Below, piece after piece: positions 9,825 through 20,125 of a stretch of DNA of 64,000 nucleotides. The stretch's first letter is position 1; every line of letters starts with the position of its first letter. The stretch is from Nitrosopumilaceae archaeon (lineage in GTDB: Archaea > Thermoproteota > Nitrososphaeria > Nitrososphaerales > Nitrosopumilaceae): assembly GCA_965200155.1 (NCBI GenBank), contig CBDATR010000010.1, forward strand, positions 192,001 to 256,000, written 5' to 3'. A model generated the notes under the pieces. That model saw nothing but the letters and a program-made list of their open reading frames with translations, ran no database searches and had not been told where the DNA came from. The position numbers were made by a program, and so were the translations under genes.

Positions 9825-11237
9825 TCATACGAACTTTATTTTTAGCCGTTCATCGTGTACCACTGCCACTGCACGCTTTAGGTTATCACCAAAGTCCTCA
9901 ATTACTATGAGTATGCGGGATGTCTCTTCCTGGGCATCCATGTTCACTATGTTCAGGCCTGCCTCCCCAATGCGATAAGATGTCCGGGATACGGTGTGCT
10001 GTACTCTCCACATGGAGTCACCGACTAGGGTAATGATTCCCCGGTCATATGTAATTGATGCTAGGGGATCAAAGCTTAGCAGATACCGCTCGTTTCGTTT
10101 TACAAAGTCACCATCGGTGAATAGTATACGAGTAAAGAGAACCCCATCCCTTGTAAAGGGCGAGAGTAATACAAACTCGCCATATCTTTTTTCAGAAGCC
10201 AGAGAGTTCATAAGTTTTGGCGACAGACCCGCCTCCATTCTCATTATGGCACAGTTACCCTTGCCGGTTACGATCTTTATTGGGTGCCCATCTTCCTGCT
10301 TGAGCGTGCGGTGTATTGTGGTAGTTCTGGAGGGGTTTGTCATGTCGGTTATGCGCAACGGCATATCAACACCATTATCCAGTATCTCCCTTATGGCCAC
10401 AGGGTCCAGTATCTTCATACCGAACATGCCAGCTATGCGTGCCTCATTGTATGAGAGGTGGGATATGTGGGTGAGTCCCGATTTCACAATCCGTGGGTCC
10501 GCGGAGACCACCGCGCTGTCCTTCTCCCAGTCTACGCTGGTCTTGTATTGCCTGTGAAATAGTATGCCCATGTCCGCGGCTGTACGATCCGTTCCCCCCC
10601 GCTCATATGTGCTCATGATGCCCGAGGTGGTCTTGCCTATAAAACCGCCCATGCATACTACATCATGCTCTCGGACCAGTCGTGCGGTGTAATCCAGCTG
10701 CTGCCGGGATTCCTCTGCAAGAAAGTTTGTAAACTCCAGGTTTTTGTCGGTTATGATTGGCCACTCCTCATAGGGCACAAATGCAGAGGACATGTTCTGG
10801 CTACTCAGTATGTAATGCATTATGGCAGACATTAGTAGTTCGCCGGAATATCCCAAGGCCCGGGCGCGGGTCTCGTCCGCGAATTGGCGCTCCTCATATG
10901 CCTCATTTAAGGCCGTCTCTGTCTTTTCCATGTGCGTGTCTATTGTGGAAAGGCACTGGTCCTGCAAGCTTGTATCTACCATCTTTGCTATTACATCATA
11001 GGTACGCCGAACGGTACTGATATCCGGGGTCAGGCCCATCTCCGCATTACGCCCCTGCTCCAGTATGACGTCGGTTATAGAACGTCGTGTATCATTATCC
11101 CGAGTCAAGGGTGCAGATACCACTGCAATCACCTTGGAGTGGGGAATCATGTTTTGGATGCGGTCAGTTATTGTGGGTATGGAACAGCCATTCTCGCCTA
11201 TGGCACTACCGCCAAACTTGGCGATTGTCAGTTTCAT
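9825..11237 (-). CDS. Aspartate kinase
   Basis: AKFGGS, ERGGTD, SADPRIV; C-terminal ACT-like region. Confidence 0.9.
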   Translation of the reverse strand: MKLTIAKFGGSAIGENGCSIPTITDRIQNMIPHSKVIAVVSAPLTRDNDTRRSITDVILEQGRNAEMGLTPDISTVRRTYDVIAKMVDTSLQDQCLSTIDTHMEKTETALNEAYEERQFADETRARALGYSGELLMSAIMHYILSSQNMSSAFVPYEEWPIITDKNLEFTNFLAEESRQQLDYTARLVREHDVVCMGGFIGKTTSGIMSTYERGGTDRTAADMGILFHRQYKTSVDWEKDSAVVSADPRIVKSGLTHISHLSYNEARIAGMFGMKILDPVAIREILDNGVDMPLRITDMTNPSRTTTIHRTLKQEDGHPIKIVTGKGNCAIMRMEAGLSPKLMNSLASEKRYGEFVLLSPFTRDGVLFTRILFTDGDFVKRNERYLLSFDPLASITYDRGIITLVGDSMWRVQHTVSRTSYRIGEAGLNIVNMDAQEETSRILIVIEDFGDNLKRAVAVVHDERLKIKFV

Positions 11238-11405
11238 TATGGTGCAAAAAATATACACATACATTAATCATTTGTTTTTAAATACGCCAGCGGGAACTGA
11301 TTGTAATTAGCGTATACATGTCCATAATTACAAATTCACATATTTTTAATAAATTACGGATTAAAATGTGAGAGTTGGCAGCCCCGATTTTGGTGCAAGA
11401 TGCAT

Positions 11406-11497
11406 GTATGAGTTCACCTGTGTCTAAATTTACGCATAACTGATCGCGACAGTTAATGTGATTTGTGCATAAGATTCCGGAAGACGTGAACTCATAC
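11406..11497 (-). mobile_element. 92-bp MITE, copy 5
   Basis: TSD AGATGCAT. Confidence 0.95.
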
Positions 11498-11564
11498 AGA
11501 TGCATACGTGTAATTTACGTTTCCCTCGATTATGTAAATGAGATATTAGCTGCAGTGATTCATG

Positions 11565-12227
11565 CTAGGAGTGATTATTCACATAATGTAATACTATTTC
11601 ATCCCCCTGCCGGCGTGAGGATACTAGATTTAGCCGGGCAGCCCGTGAGATACGGGCAAACCCGTCACCGTCCACAATAGTGGGGGCGCGAGAGCCGCCT
11701 ACCAAATGGGGCGATATCATCAGTATTACTTCATCAAATAGATTATGTTTTACAAATTCCCAGTTTGTACTGCCGCCGCCCTCTACCATTATGCTCCGTA
11801 TATTCCTGGCCGCCAGCCTGCCCAGTAGCCACTTTATGGATATGCGGTGCCTCCTGGTCCTGATTATTTCCACGGGAAAATCAGACAACCGGGTCAGGTT
11901 CTCTGCGCTTATCCCACCGGTAACAACCAAAATGGTGGGAATTTCGTCTGCCGTACGGAGTATGTTGGACTTGTCGGGTATCTCGCCCAGGGGATCAAGT
12001 ATTACGCGAACCGGATTGGGGCCGGACACATGCCTAACGTTCAGTAACGGATTATCCAGTAGTGCAGTATTTTTGCCCACAAGTATGGCATCGGTCTTGG
12101 CCCGTAGAAGGTGTACCCGCATTGCGTCCTGCTTGGAGGATATGCCCGAGTCCCCCCTGGCGGTGGCTATCTTGCCATCTAGAGTTATTGCAGCGCTAAT
12201 TATTACACGAGGCCTAGATGCGCCCAT
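11565..12227 (-). CDS. 2,5-diamino-6-ribosylamino-pyrimidinone 5'-phosphate reductase (RibD C-terminal type)
   Basis: AITLDGKIA, AILVG, VEGGG; riboflavin operon context. Confidence 0.9.
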   Translation of the reverse strand: MGASRPRVIISAAITLDGKIATARGDSGISSKQDAMRVHLLRAKTDAILVGKNTALLDNPLLNVRHVSGPNPVRVILDPLGEIPDKSNILRTADEIPTILVVTGGISAENLTRLSDFPVEIIRTRRHRISIKWLLGRLAARNIRSIMVEGGGSTNWEFVKHNLFDEVILMISPHLVGGSRAPTIVDGDGFARISRAARLNLVSSRRQGDEIVLHYVNNHS

Positions 12228-13350
12228 GCACTATCCTACCCCCTACGGAAACTGCCCGTATGGACTCTGGCGATGCCCGATGCACAAGGGCCGCGTGTGG
12301 CCGGTGCATGGGTTCCAGGTCTATGTGATGTTTCTCTATCAGTATAAAGTCTGCCGCCGCACCCCTGTCTATTACGCCCACTCTCATGCCCAGTATATGA
12401 CCGCCATTCACCGTTGCCATGCGCAGTACTTGTAGCGGACTTAGGCTGCACCGGGTAGCCTTCCAGGCAAAGTCCATCTCCCGGAACATGTCCGGATGGT
12501 TCACCATGACGTTATCTGTGCCTAACCCCAGAGTGATGTCATGACTTGCCATGCGGGGAATATCGGGTATCATACCGGTCAGGACTGCATTACAGCGTGG
12601 ACACACTACAATGCCCGTGCCCTGGGGGATACTGCGCAGCTCAGAATCAGTGGCGGCACCCATGTGCACAAGAAAACGGGGTTTCATTTGCAACGCTCTC
12701 TCCACCTCGCCCCGGCCTGTCATGTCTCTGGATTTTTGCACTGTGTCCGGGCTTTCTGCCGCATGAATGGCGCGTATCTTGTGCATACGGGAGTAATTAG
12801 TCAGTGTGTGATCCGTGTTCTCGTTGGCGCCGCTTATTCCCATTCCGTCACATTGGGATAGTACATTTTGTATGTCAGTATCCGGAGTGTTGCCAGTGTT
12901 TGGGCGCCCCAGTATGACGGCGCGTATAGGAATATCCCGGCATGCCTTTTGTAGTAGTCTTACCCCTTCTGCACCGCCCTCCCGAAAATCGGCAAAAGTG
13001 GTTATGCCCCTAGAAAGCATGCCCTTACAGGTTGCCCTCATGAAATCGACCAGATGATCAGGGCTGGCGGCATTCAGTATTTTCGACTTTACCCCGTATG
13101 CAGGATGCACACTGTCATCAAGTCCCCGGCCCAGGGATATGTCCTTGGCCACAGAGTCACCCACATGGGTGTGGCAGTTTACAAATCCAGGTACCAAAAG
13201 CATACCCTGGCAGTCAATTATATCATCATGTACACGGGGTCTTAGGGATTGAGATATCTCCACAAACTTGCCATCCTCAATTCTGGCGCACACAGAGTCC
13301 ACGTACTCTAGCCGGGGGCCCAGCATGGCCGATACGTTACGTATTAGCAT
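12214..13350 (-). CDS. Metal-dependent amidohydrolase
   Basis: PGFVNCHTH, HAAE, LGTDN. Confidence 0.9.
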   Translation of the reverse strand: MLIRNVSAMLGPRLEYVDSVCARIEDGKFVEISQSLRPRVHDDIIDCQGMLLVPGFVNCHTHVGDSVAKDISLGRGLDDSVHPAYGVKSKILNAASPDHLVDFMRATCKGMLSRGITTFADFREGGAEGVRLLQKACRDIPIRAVILGRPNTGNTPDTDIQNVLSQCDGMGISGANENTDHTLTNYSRMHKIRAIHAAESPDTVQKSRDMTGRGEVERALQMKPRFLVHMGAATDSELRSIPQGTGIVVCPRCNAVLTGMIPDIPRMASHDITLGLGTDNVMVNHPDMFREMDFAWKATRCSLSPLQVLRMATVNGGHILGMRVGVIDRGAAADFILIEKHHIDLEPMHRPHAALVHRASPESIRAVSVGGRIVHGRI

Positions 13351-14069
13351 GACTCATAGACCTGGGGCCATTCTCCACCAGAGTCTCGCATCTCCCTTAT
13401 GGCATCCAGTGACTTGGTGGCCAGCGCCGCGGCATGCCTGCTGCGGGTGGCGCGACCGATACCGCAGTTTAGTGTTATTCCTAGATGCTCGTGAGTTTCA
13501 TGTATTAAATCCCGGACATCTTTAATGCCCTGGGAGCTGGACAGGACCATAAAATTATCACCGCCCATAAAGAATGACAGGGACTTGCGTTTCCTAAAGA
13601 AGTGTGCCATCATGCCGTATAGGTCAAGAATCTTGAGGGAGATATCATATGGCGATACGGTATGAGTCTGGGAGGTCAAATCATCCACGTCCAGGTGCAT
13701 TATGGCAATGTCATTGTTGTCATCGGGCTCGCCGCTGATAAAGACATCATCCTCTCTTGATTTTTGTGCCATGGCATTGGCGTCATAGGGAGTCAGGGCC
13801 ACCCCGGCATGCATTTGCAGTCCCACCTCAAATTCATCCAATAATTTATCCCGTATATTGATATGATCAGACTGGTCCAGGCCGTTGGATGCTATAATGT
13901 ACTCGTCATACCTGTTGGGAAAGACAAGACAGTCCCGCTCCGCAAACAGTCCTTGCAGTCTCCCGTATAATGAAGCCTGAAGCATTTGGAGGCGATGCTC
14001 CCGATCAGACCCCAGGGTCAGGGTCCAGGGTCCATATCCCTTTATTCTTGCCACCGTTACCTGTATCAT
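13344..14069 (-). CDS. gch3: GTP cyclohydrolase III (archaeal)
   Basis: YGPWTLTLGSDREH, FMGGDNF. Confidence 0.9.
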   Translation of the reverse strand: MIQVTVARIKGYGPWTLTLGSDREHRLQMLQASLYGRLQGLFAERDCLVFPNRYDEYIIASNGLDQSDHINIRDKLLDEFEVGLQMHAGVALTPYDANAMAQKSREDDVFISGEPDDNNDIAIMHLDVDDLTSQTHTVSPYDISLKILDLYGMMAHFFRKRKSLSFFMGGDNFMVLSSSQGIKDVRDLIHETHEHLGITLNCGIGRATRSRHAAALATKSLDAIREMRDSGGEWPQVYESC

Positions 14070-14479
14070 TTGATTCTGTCCAGCTCCTGACGTATATTTA
14101 CCAGAGCATCTATGGCACGCTCGGATACCGGCCGTATTCTGGCGTGTGCTTGTCGTTCATGCATTCCGGGCCCGGTTATTCCTAGGGATACAGGTTTTCC
14201 ATATTTCACAGACAGGTTTTGCAAGTGTGTCGCGGTGGTTTGTGCTATTACTTCATCATGTTTTGTCTGGCCCTTGATTATGGCTCCCAAGGTTGCCACG
14301 GCGTCTATCATATCCTTTCTGAGCAAAGCATCCACTACTACAGGCATGTCATAAGCTCCAGGCACCCGGCATACGTGTAAGACCTCCAGTCCCATCTTCT
14401 GTGCCCTCTCTTGCGCCACTTCCACCATTCGCCGAGTCACCTCATGATTGAACTCGGATACCACGATTCCTATTTTCAT
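14066..14479 (-). CDS. ribH: 6,7-dimethyl-8-ribityllumazine synthase
   Basis: IVVSEFN, VPGAYD, IKGQTKHD. Confidence 0.95.
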   Translation of the reverse strand: MKIGIVVSEFNHEVTRRMVEVAQERAQKMGLEVLHVCRVPGAYDMPVVVDALLRKDMIDAVATLGAIIKGQTKHDEVIAQTTATHLQNLSVKYGKPVSLGITGPGMHERQAHARIRPVSERAIDALVNIRQELDRIK

Positions 14480-15138
14480 GACGCATCCACTCCTGCATGC
14501 TTTGGTATATCGCTGGCCATCACTAGGGGAATGTTATTCTTTTTGGCGTAACTCGTGGCGCCATCCAGGTCCAGCGCCATGTGAGTTTCCGAGTCCACCA
14601 TTTCGCAAATGGCCGTAACCGGTTTTAGTCCCGCAAGCCTTGCCAGGAATACGGACATCTCGGTGTGCCCCATCCTCTCCTCAATCCGGGAAGCCATTAA
14701 CAGTGGCACGTGACCAGGAGTACGAAAGGACTGGATAAAGAGGCGCCGGGAATCATCCTTTCCGTATAGTGTGGACAGCTCCCTTATTGTGCGCGCCCTG
14801 TCGTTATCGGTCACTCCCGTATAGGTATCCATGTGGTTTACGGGGATGGCAAAGGTGGGATGATCACCGTAGGGAGCCTTTCCCAGAATCATTTCCCCAG
14901 GTATAGAGGATTTGGCCAGTATGTCGTGCAGATATGTCAGTCCCAGACTGCAGGACAGGTCATGATCCAGTGCTGCACAAAGCAGTCCTCCCGCGTCCAT
15001 TCTCATGGTACTGATGTGTGCCGGTGTGACAAACTGGGCGGCCACCACCAAGTCAAACTCGTTCTCCCGGTTCTCAGAGTCATGCAGTATGACAAAACCG
15101 CCGTGACGCAGCGATTCCAGTGCGTCCGGCATGGGCAT
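14476..15138 (-). CDS. ribB: 3,4-dihydroxy-2-butanone-4-phosphate synthase
   Basis: DSENRENEFD, TGVTDNDR, PGHV, GHTE, ICE. Confidence 0.95.
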   Translation of the reverse strand: MPMPDALESLRHGGFVILHDSENRENEFDLVVAAQFVTPAHISTMRMDAGGLLCAALDHDLSCSLGLTYLHDILAKSSIPGEMILGKAPYGDHPTFAIPVNHMDTYTGVTDNDRARTIRELSTLYGKDDSRRLFIQSFRTPGHVPLLMASRIEERMGHTEMSVFLARLAGLKPVTAICEMVDSETHMALDLDGATSYAKKNNIPLVMASDIPKHAGVDAS

Positions 15139-15162
15139 ATTACTGAAGTGTTGTAAATGATG

Positions 15163-15765
15163 TTATAAAGTAACTGATTTTTGCCGCATGGTGTATTTAC
15201 CCAATATATCAGTCTCGATGTTTACCCTGTCGCCTACCTTGCGCGTCTTGAAGTTTGTGACCGCCATGGTATGGGGTATAAGTGATACACATATCTTATT
15301 GTCAACGATATCAGTTACAGTAAGACTTACACCGTCTATGGCTATGGATCCCTTTTGCACTATGTATGAGGACAGGGTTTCAGGTACTGATACACACAGG
15401 CGCACCTGTTCTTCCTCTTCTGCTATTTCCTGTATGATACCGGTGCCGTCCACATGACCCAGTACAAAATGGCCCTCCAGTCTATCTCCGGCCCGCAGGC
15501 TACGCTCTATGTTTATTGTATGACCTGCCCTCAGTCCTCCCAACCCGGTGGAGCGTATTGTCTCGTGTATCATCTCAAAGGTACACACCGTGTCAAGTAT
15601 GGATGTTACAGTAAGGCAGACACCATTTATTGCAACACTGTCCCCTGTTTGCAGATCCTGCGCACATTCCATCAGGTCTATCGTTACAAGAGCGGCGCTA
15701 CGGTTTGCGGTATCATGTTTTATGGACTGGACAATTCCGGTTCCCTGTATTATCCCTGTGAACAA
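15163..15765 (-). CDS. ribE: Riboflavin synthase (bacterial-type alpha chain)
   Basis: MFTGII start, GVCLTV, GHFVLGHVD. Confidence 0.95.
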   Translation of the reverse strand: MFTGIIQGTGIVQSIKHDTANRSAALVTIDLMECAQDLQTGDSVAINGVCLTVTSILDTVCTFEMIHETIRSTGLGGLRAGHTINIERSLRAGDRLEGHFVLGHVDGTGIIQEIAEEEEQVRLCVSVPETLSSYIVQKGSIAIDGVSLTVTDIVDNKICVSLIPHTMAVTNFKTRKVGDRVNIETDILGKYTMRQKSVTL

Positions 15766-15850
15766 CTACACTTGTACATATTGTGCAGTATGTATAATTT
15801 TGCGTAATTGTGAACTGTGGTTTCTCATTATCCCTGAATCCAGTTGATCG

Positions 15851-16382
15851 TAGCCGTTACAAACAGTAAAAGTTAAAAAAATGCCCATATTTATTGATGC
15901 AATGGTCTCAGTAGATCTCCTATTACAGGCACAAAAGGATGAGGAGTCAGAGCGAATTGTCCGCAGGCTTGGCATACTAATCCAGCTTCAGAAGAATGCC
16001 TCAGAGTTCAACTGCGATATACGCACAGTATCACTGTGGAATGAGAGATTGCCTCAGGACACAGACAATATAGATGACATACGCCGCGCATTGTCGGACA
16101 AGCCAAGATCCGGCCGTCCCCCAAAGGTGGACGGGAAGCTGCTGGAGGAGGCCAAGTCATGGTACAAGAATCGAGTGTTCACGGTACCGGAACTACAAGA
16201 ACACCTGGAGAGTATTTCCGGAGTCAGTTTGAGCCAGTCGCAGATCAGGCGATATATCAGAAAATGGGGGTATGCTGCAAAAAAATATCCCAAGCCTGGA
16301 CTAGATAGACTCCCGGGAACATAGAATTAATAGTAAACATCTAAGTCCGTGTTTTAATTACATACATGAATGTAACCGTTTA
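15851..16382 (+). mobile_element. Truncated IS630-family element (HTH region ORF 15881-16324)
   Basis: DKPRSGRPPK...LSQSQIRRYIRKWGY; imperfect TIRs TA-GCCGTTACA and TGTAACCGTT-TA; DDE domain missing. Confidence 0.75.
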
Positions 16383-16413
16383 TAGCAGTCACCATAAGTC
16401 TTGGCGGTGTTTT
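16381..16413 (-). mobile_element. Isolated end of a second IS630-type element, cut off by IS66
   Basis: TATAGCAGTCACCATAAGTCTTGGCGGTG is the reverse complement of 5108-5136. Confidence 0.8.
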
Positions 16414-16765
16414 GTATGAGTTCACGTGTTTTGATCACATAATAAGATAGAATGCATCCCAGTTTTTTAATTATAATTGCATGCTGGCAGCAACCTCATT
16501 CATTACAGAAAGGCCCTGAGCCCTCCGTGTCTGAACACATGTGGACATGCGGCGCATGGCCCTTTCACCACTCTTTATCTGACCACTAATCTTACGGAAT
16601 ACCACCGCGTATCAGAACCGGTTCCACTGCTCCGCTGGATTGTTGGTGGGCTCCACACTGTCATATTCTAGGAATACGAACATGCCTGGTATGGCCTTAT
16701 TCAATCCTTTTACCTTCTTTTGCAGTTCAGTATCCTCAACATCATAATACTGATGCATCTGCTCC

Positions 16766-16857
16766 GTGTGAGTTCACCTGTGTCTAAATTTACGCATAAC
16801 TGATCGCGACAGTTAACGTGATTTGTGCATAAGATTCCGGAAGACGTGAACTCATAC
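16766..16857 (-). mobile_element. 92-bp MITE, copy 6 (inside IS66)
   Basis: TSD TCTGCTCC. Confidence 0.95.
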
Positions 16858-17395
16858 TCTGCTCCTGCCTCAAATGAGTGTCGTAATTGCGCGGACGGCC
16901 CGCAGCGATTCACGTGCGCTCCGGATCAAATCGTTGTCAAGTTTGATCCGGGCGTCATGATCACCGGGATCGATATAGAATCCTGCATGTAATATACTGG
17001 TATCGCGCAATAAATGCGCCCAGATGGTGCTTCCCATCGTCATCAAACCGGTAACACACAACGTACCTGTCTGTGACTATCGCGCCCTGGTAACCGTTCA
17101 GGTATTTGCCCACTACATATGAACTCCTACTTTTGTATATCATCCACTCTTCGGCCCGCATCCCCCATATCCAGCCACGCTTACCCGCCAGTGATATACC
17201 AGTTTCGTCCACATGAATGCTGGGTGATTTTATTATATTCTCATAAATTGTTTCCATAAATGATTCGCATGCATCGGCGGCCCTGGCAATTATGTTGTTC
17301 ACCGCACCCACCGATATATTCAGGCCGAAGAGATCCCTCGAAATTACAGGTATGCGCTTTATTGGAATCTTTTCCGCACGTAATGCAGTGATGGC

Positions 17396-17487
17396 GTATG
17401 AGTTCACGTCTTCCGGAATCTTGTGTACAAATCACATTAACTGTCGCGATCAGTTGTGCGTAAATTTAGACACAGGTGAACTCATAC
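17396..17487 (+). mobile_element. 92-bp MITE, copy 7 (inside IS66)
   Basis: TSD GTGATGGC. Confidence 0.95.
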
Positions 17488-17864
17488 GTGATGGCACCAC
17501 ATCTCAAAACCACCACTCTCTGGGACGCCCGCTGCTGGGGCTAGTTGTTTTTTGCCGCACTTGCATGCAGCCATTTCTATCACATGAAGGGTCTCCTCTA
17601 TTCTGGCTGGTATTAATTCTGTTATGCGTCGTTGTTTCCAACCACTTTTTGTCATTATATTGCTGCACTCACATTGTGGAGTATGCTCAAAGGTGTGGCG
17701 CATTACTCTGTCGGGGTTGTGGGAACGGGAAACCCCCTTGTGTCCCTTTTGCGCGCCAACCTTTTTGGCTGATTTCGTACTGGCTTCTGTCTGTTGCTTA
17801 TTATCTCCCTGTTTCCGCTTCTTGTACTGGAGGGATTGAAGGGATGGTGGCGAGTGAGCATTCT

Positions 17865-17956
17865 GTATGAGTTCACGTCTTCCGGAATATTATGCACAAA
17901 TCACATTAACTGTCGCAATCAGTTATGCGTAAATTTAGACACAGGTGAACTCATAC
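17865..17956 (+). mobile_element. 92-bp MITE, copy 8 (inside IS66)
   Basis: TSD AGCATTCT. Confidence 0.95.
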
Positions 17957-18129
17957 AGCATTCTCATAATGTTTAAGTCGCGTTGTGATTACCGCAATTT
18001 TCCCCTGTTTTTCTTTTAATTTCTCATTCAATTCATTTACATAATTCCTAATAATTTGGAAATCTTGTGTGAGATTTCGTATTTCTTTTGTGGTGCGGGA
18101 CACATATGCTTCCAATACTCTCACACGTT

Positions 18130-18309
18130 CCTTGTAATGTGCAAGATCTTTCTCGGTGGCCGCAAGACGTAGGACAAGGCGCATCTTGCCCATGGCCTCT
18201 GCCTTGTAATGTGCAAGTTCTTTCTCGGTAGCCGCAAGTATTATGTCTCCACGTTTTATCTCTCGCTCATTCTCCTTTAATGTGCAAGTTCTTTCTTGGT
18301 AGACGCAAG
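18130..18309. CRISPR. CRISPR-like mini-array: 3 x ~37-bp repeat, 2 x 35-bp unique spacer, inside the IS66 transposase gene
   Basis: Repeat CCTTGTAATGTGCAAGTTCTTTCTCGGTAGCCGCAAG at 18130-18166, 18202-18238, 18274-18309; unrelated spacers 18167-18201 and 18239-18273; no cas genes in window. Confidence 0.55.
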
Positions 18310-18670
18310 GGTATCCTGAAGAAGCTTATTTTTTAGTTCCAATTCCTTATAGGACCGGCGCCTTCTCATTAGATTCTTATTGCAAATTTGATATTTAAGC
18401 AAAATATTGTCATACCAATCTATATCTTAGTGAATGATCAAAACACGTGAACTCATACGCATAAATTATAGTCATACGTAAATAAGTATGAATTTAATTA
18501 GTGCTTAATTTTTATTAATAATTATTTCATGACAATAATTTACCTTAATTTACACATGACAAATTGTGAGGATTATTTCTTATGCGACAATACGATTTTC
18601 GAGTGCGCGATTAGAAACCGTGAATTTATCGAGGCACAGATATATGAAGGCAAATTATGCAAAAAATACA

Positions 18671-19219
18671 ATGTCTACTGCATCACTGCGAAAGGATCAT
18701 GAGCTTATAGAAAAAGTTCTCAAGGCCATGAATGCTACAATACAATTACTGGAGTCAGGAAAGCGCGTACCAGAACAGATACTGAGCCAGACCGTTGACT
18801 TTGCAAAAAATTTTACTGATGCGTGCCATCATGCAAAAGAGGAAGAAGTACTGTTTCCCGCCCTGGAACGCACGGGCATGCCCACAAAGATGGGCCCCAT
18901 CGCGGTCATGCTTATGGAGCACCGTCAAGCCAGGGAACTGGCCCATAATATGGAGACAGGCATGGAGACGTACGTTCAGGACAATAATCCACAGGCGTTG
19001 CTAGATGCCATGAAACAATATGTCAGACACGTGACCGAACACCTGTGGAAGGAGAATAACCGCCTGTTTGTAATGGCCGAAGCGCGACTGCAGAATTCCT
19101 CGGATGTCATTACAAATATAGACAATGTTGAGCACAAACAGCTCAACGATATGGGAAAGAGTAGGACATATTATGAGAATCTGGTTACAGATATGAACAA
19201 AAGACTGAGCGATGTCTAG
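18671..19219 (+). CDS. Hemerythrin HHE domain protein
   Basis: DHELI, CHHAKEEEVLFP, EH, HLWKEN. Confidence 0.9.
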   Translation: MSTASLRKDHELIEKVLKAMNATIQLLESGKRVPEQILSQTVDFAKNFTDACHHAKEEEVLFPALERTGMPTKMGPIAVMLMEHRQARELAHNMETGMETYVQDNNPQALLDAMKQYVRHVTEHLWKENNRLFVMAEARLQNSSDVITNIDNVEHKQLNDMGKSRTYYENLVTDMNKRLSDV

Positions 19220-19252
19220 CACATTTACAGACAAACGCATTGTACGGATTTT

Positions 19253-19344
19253 GTATGAGTTCACGTCTTCCGGAATCTTATGCACAAATCACATTAACTG
19301 TCGCGATCAGTTATGCGTAAATTTAGACACAGGCGAACTCACAC
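19253..19344 (+). mobile_element. 92-bp MITE, copy 9 (inner TIR degenerate)
   Basis: Right end reads GCGAACTCACAC. Confidence 0.95.
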
Positions 19345-19978
19345 AAAAGAAATTCTGCGCCTATACCATTCTGGTAATTACATCAGTCAAGACCGGAGCC
19401 ATAATATGGACCAGTGATGCCTTTGCGGGAAGCACCCATGATATCACCATGCTCAAGGAGTTTGCGCAAAAGCTGGGGGCAATCTATGACGGCATGATGG
19501 GAAGAAATGATCTAAAAGTATGACTGCATTCAGACCTTGGATTCAAGGTAATCGAAAAAGAACTCCCAGGCATAATATTTGTCCAGGGAGTCAAGAAACC
19601 CAGGAATGGCAAGCTGTCCGATGATGAAAAGGAACACAACGCTACGGTGGGCAAGTCAAGATCAGCTGTGGAGCGTACCATAGGCAGGACGAAAATGGGA
19701 ACCAAAATGTCAACCGTATTCATCGGGACGATCGACGAGTTCTACCAGCAGTATCAGGCCATATGTGCTGATGTGAACCTGACCATAATGCGGCCTCAGA
19801 TAAGAATGGGAAAAGGAACCCTTTGGGTTATTGCCGGCACCGGGATAATTTCTGTTTTTAATATCGCAAAATACGGGGCACATTATGACTGCGCATAATT
19901 TTCTGATTTTTATCCAAAATCTTGTGTTTTACCGTTGTAATTCTGATCATACCGCATGTTAACCGGGAATGCTTTGCC
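19345..19978 (+). pseudogene. IS5/ISL2-type (DDE_Tnp_4) transposase C-terminal fragment plus IS end, cargo of the composite
   Basis: GSTHD...SDLGF...KKP...EKEHN...RSAVERTIG with an internal stop. Confidence 0.8.
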
Positions 19979-20070
19979 GTATGAGTTCACCTGTGTCTAA
20001 ATTTACGCACAACTGATCGCGACAGTTAATGTGATTTGTGCACAAGATTCCGGAAGACGTGAACTCATAC
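19979..20070 (-). mobile_element. 92-bp MITE, copy 10
   Basis: Consensus copy, reverse orientation. Confidence 0.95.
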
Positions 20071-20125
20071 CGGATTTTAGCTACCGCGAATGACTGGCGC
20101 CATACTTTGTATTGTCACCAAAGTT

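Larger units (their letters stand above)
16414..18458 (-). mobile_element. IS66-family (single-ORF, ISBst12-like) element; transposase pseudogene ~16471-18369
   Basis: 24-bp perfect TIR GTATGAGTTCACGTGTTTTGATCA; IHVDETG...RGWIW, IVTDRY, EPTNNPAE motifs; frameshifts and three MITE insertions. Confidence 0.9.
19253..20070. mobile_element. Composite transposon bounded by two inverted MITEs
   Basis: CGGATTTT immediately before 19253 and immediately after 20070. Confidence 0.85.

Noticed and set aside
11565-15765. Bacterial-type riboflavin synthase in an archaeal operon as recent HGT
   Set aside because: To my knowledge this arrangement is usual for thaumarchaea; no mobility signal within the operon.
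16615-16626. Palindrome GAACCGGTTC disrupting the IS66 C-terminus
   Set aside because: Too short and no empty allele in the window to show it is an insertion.
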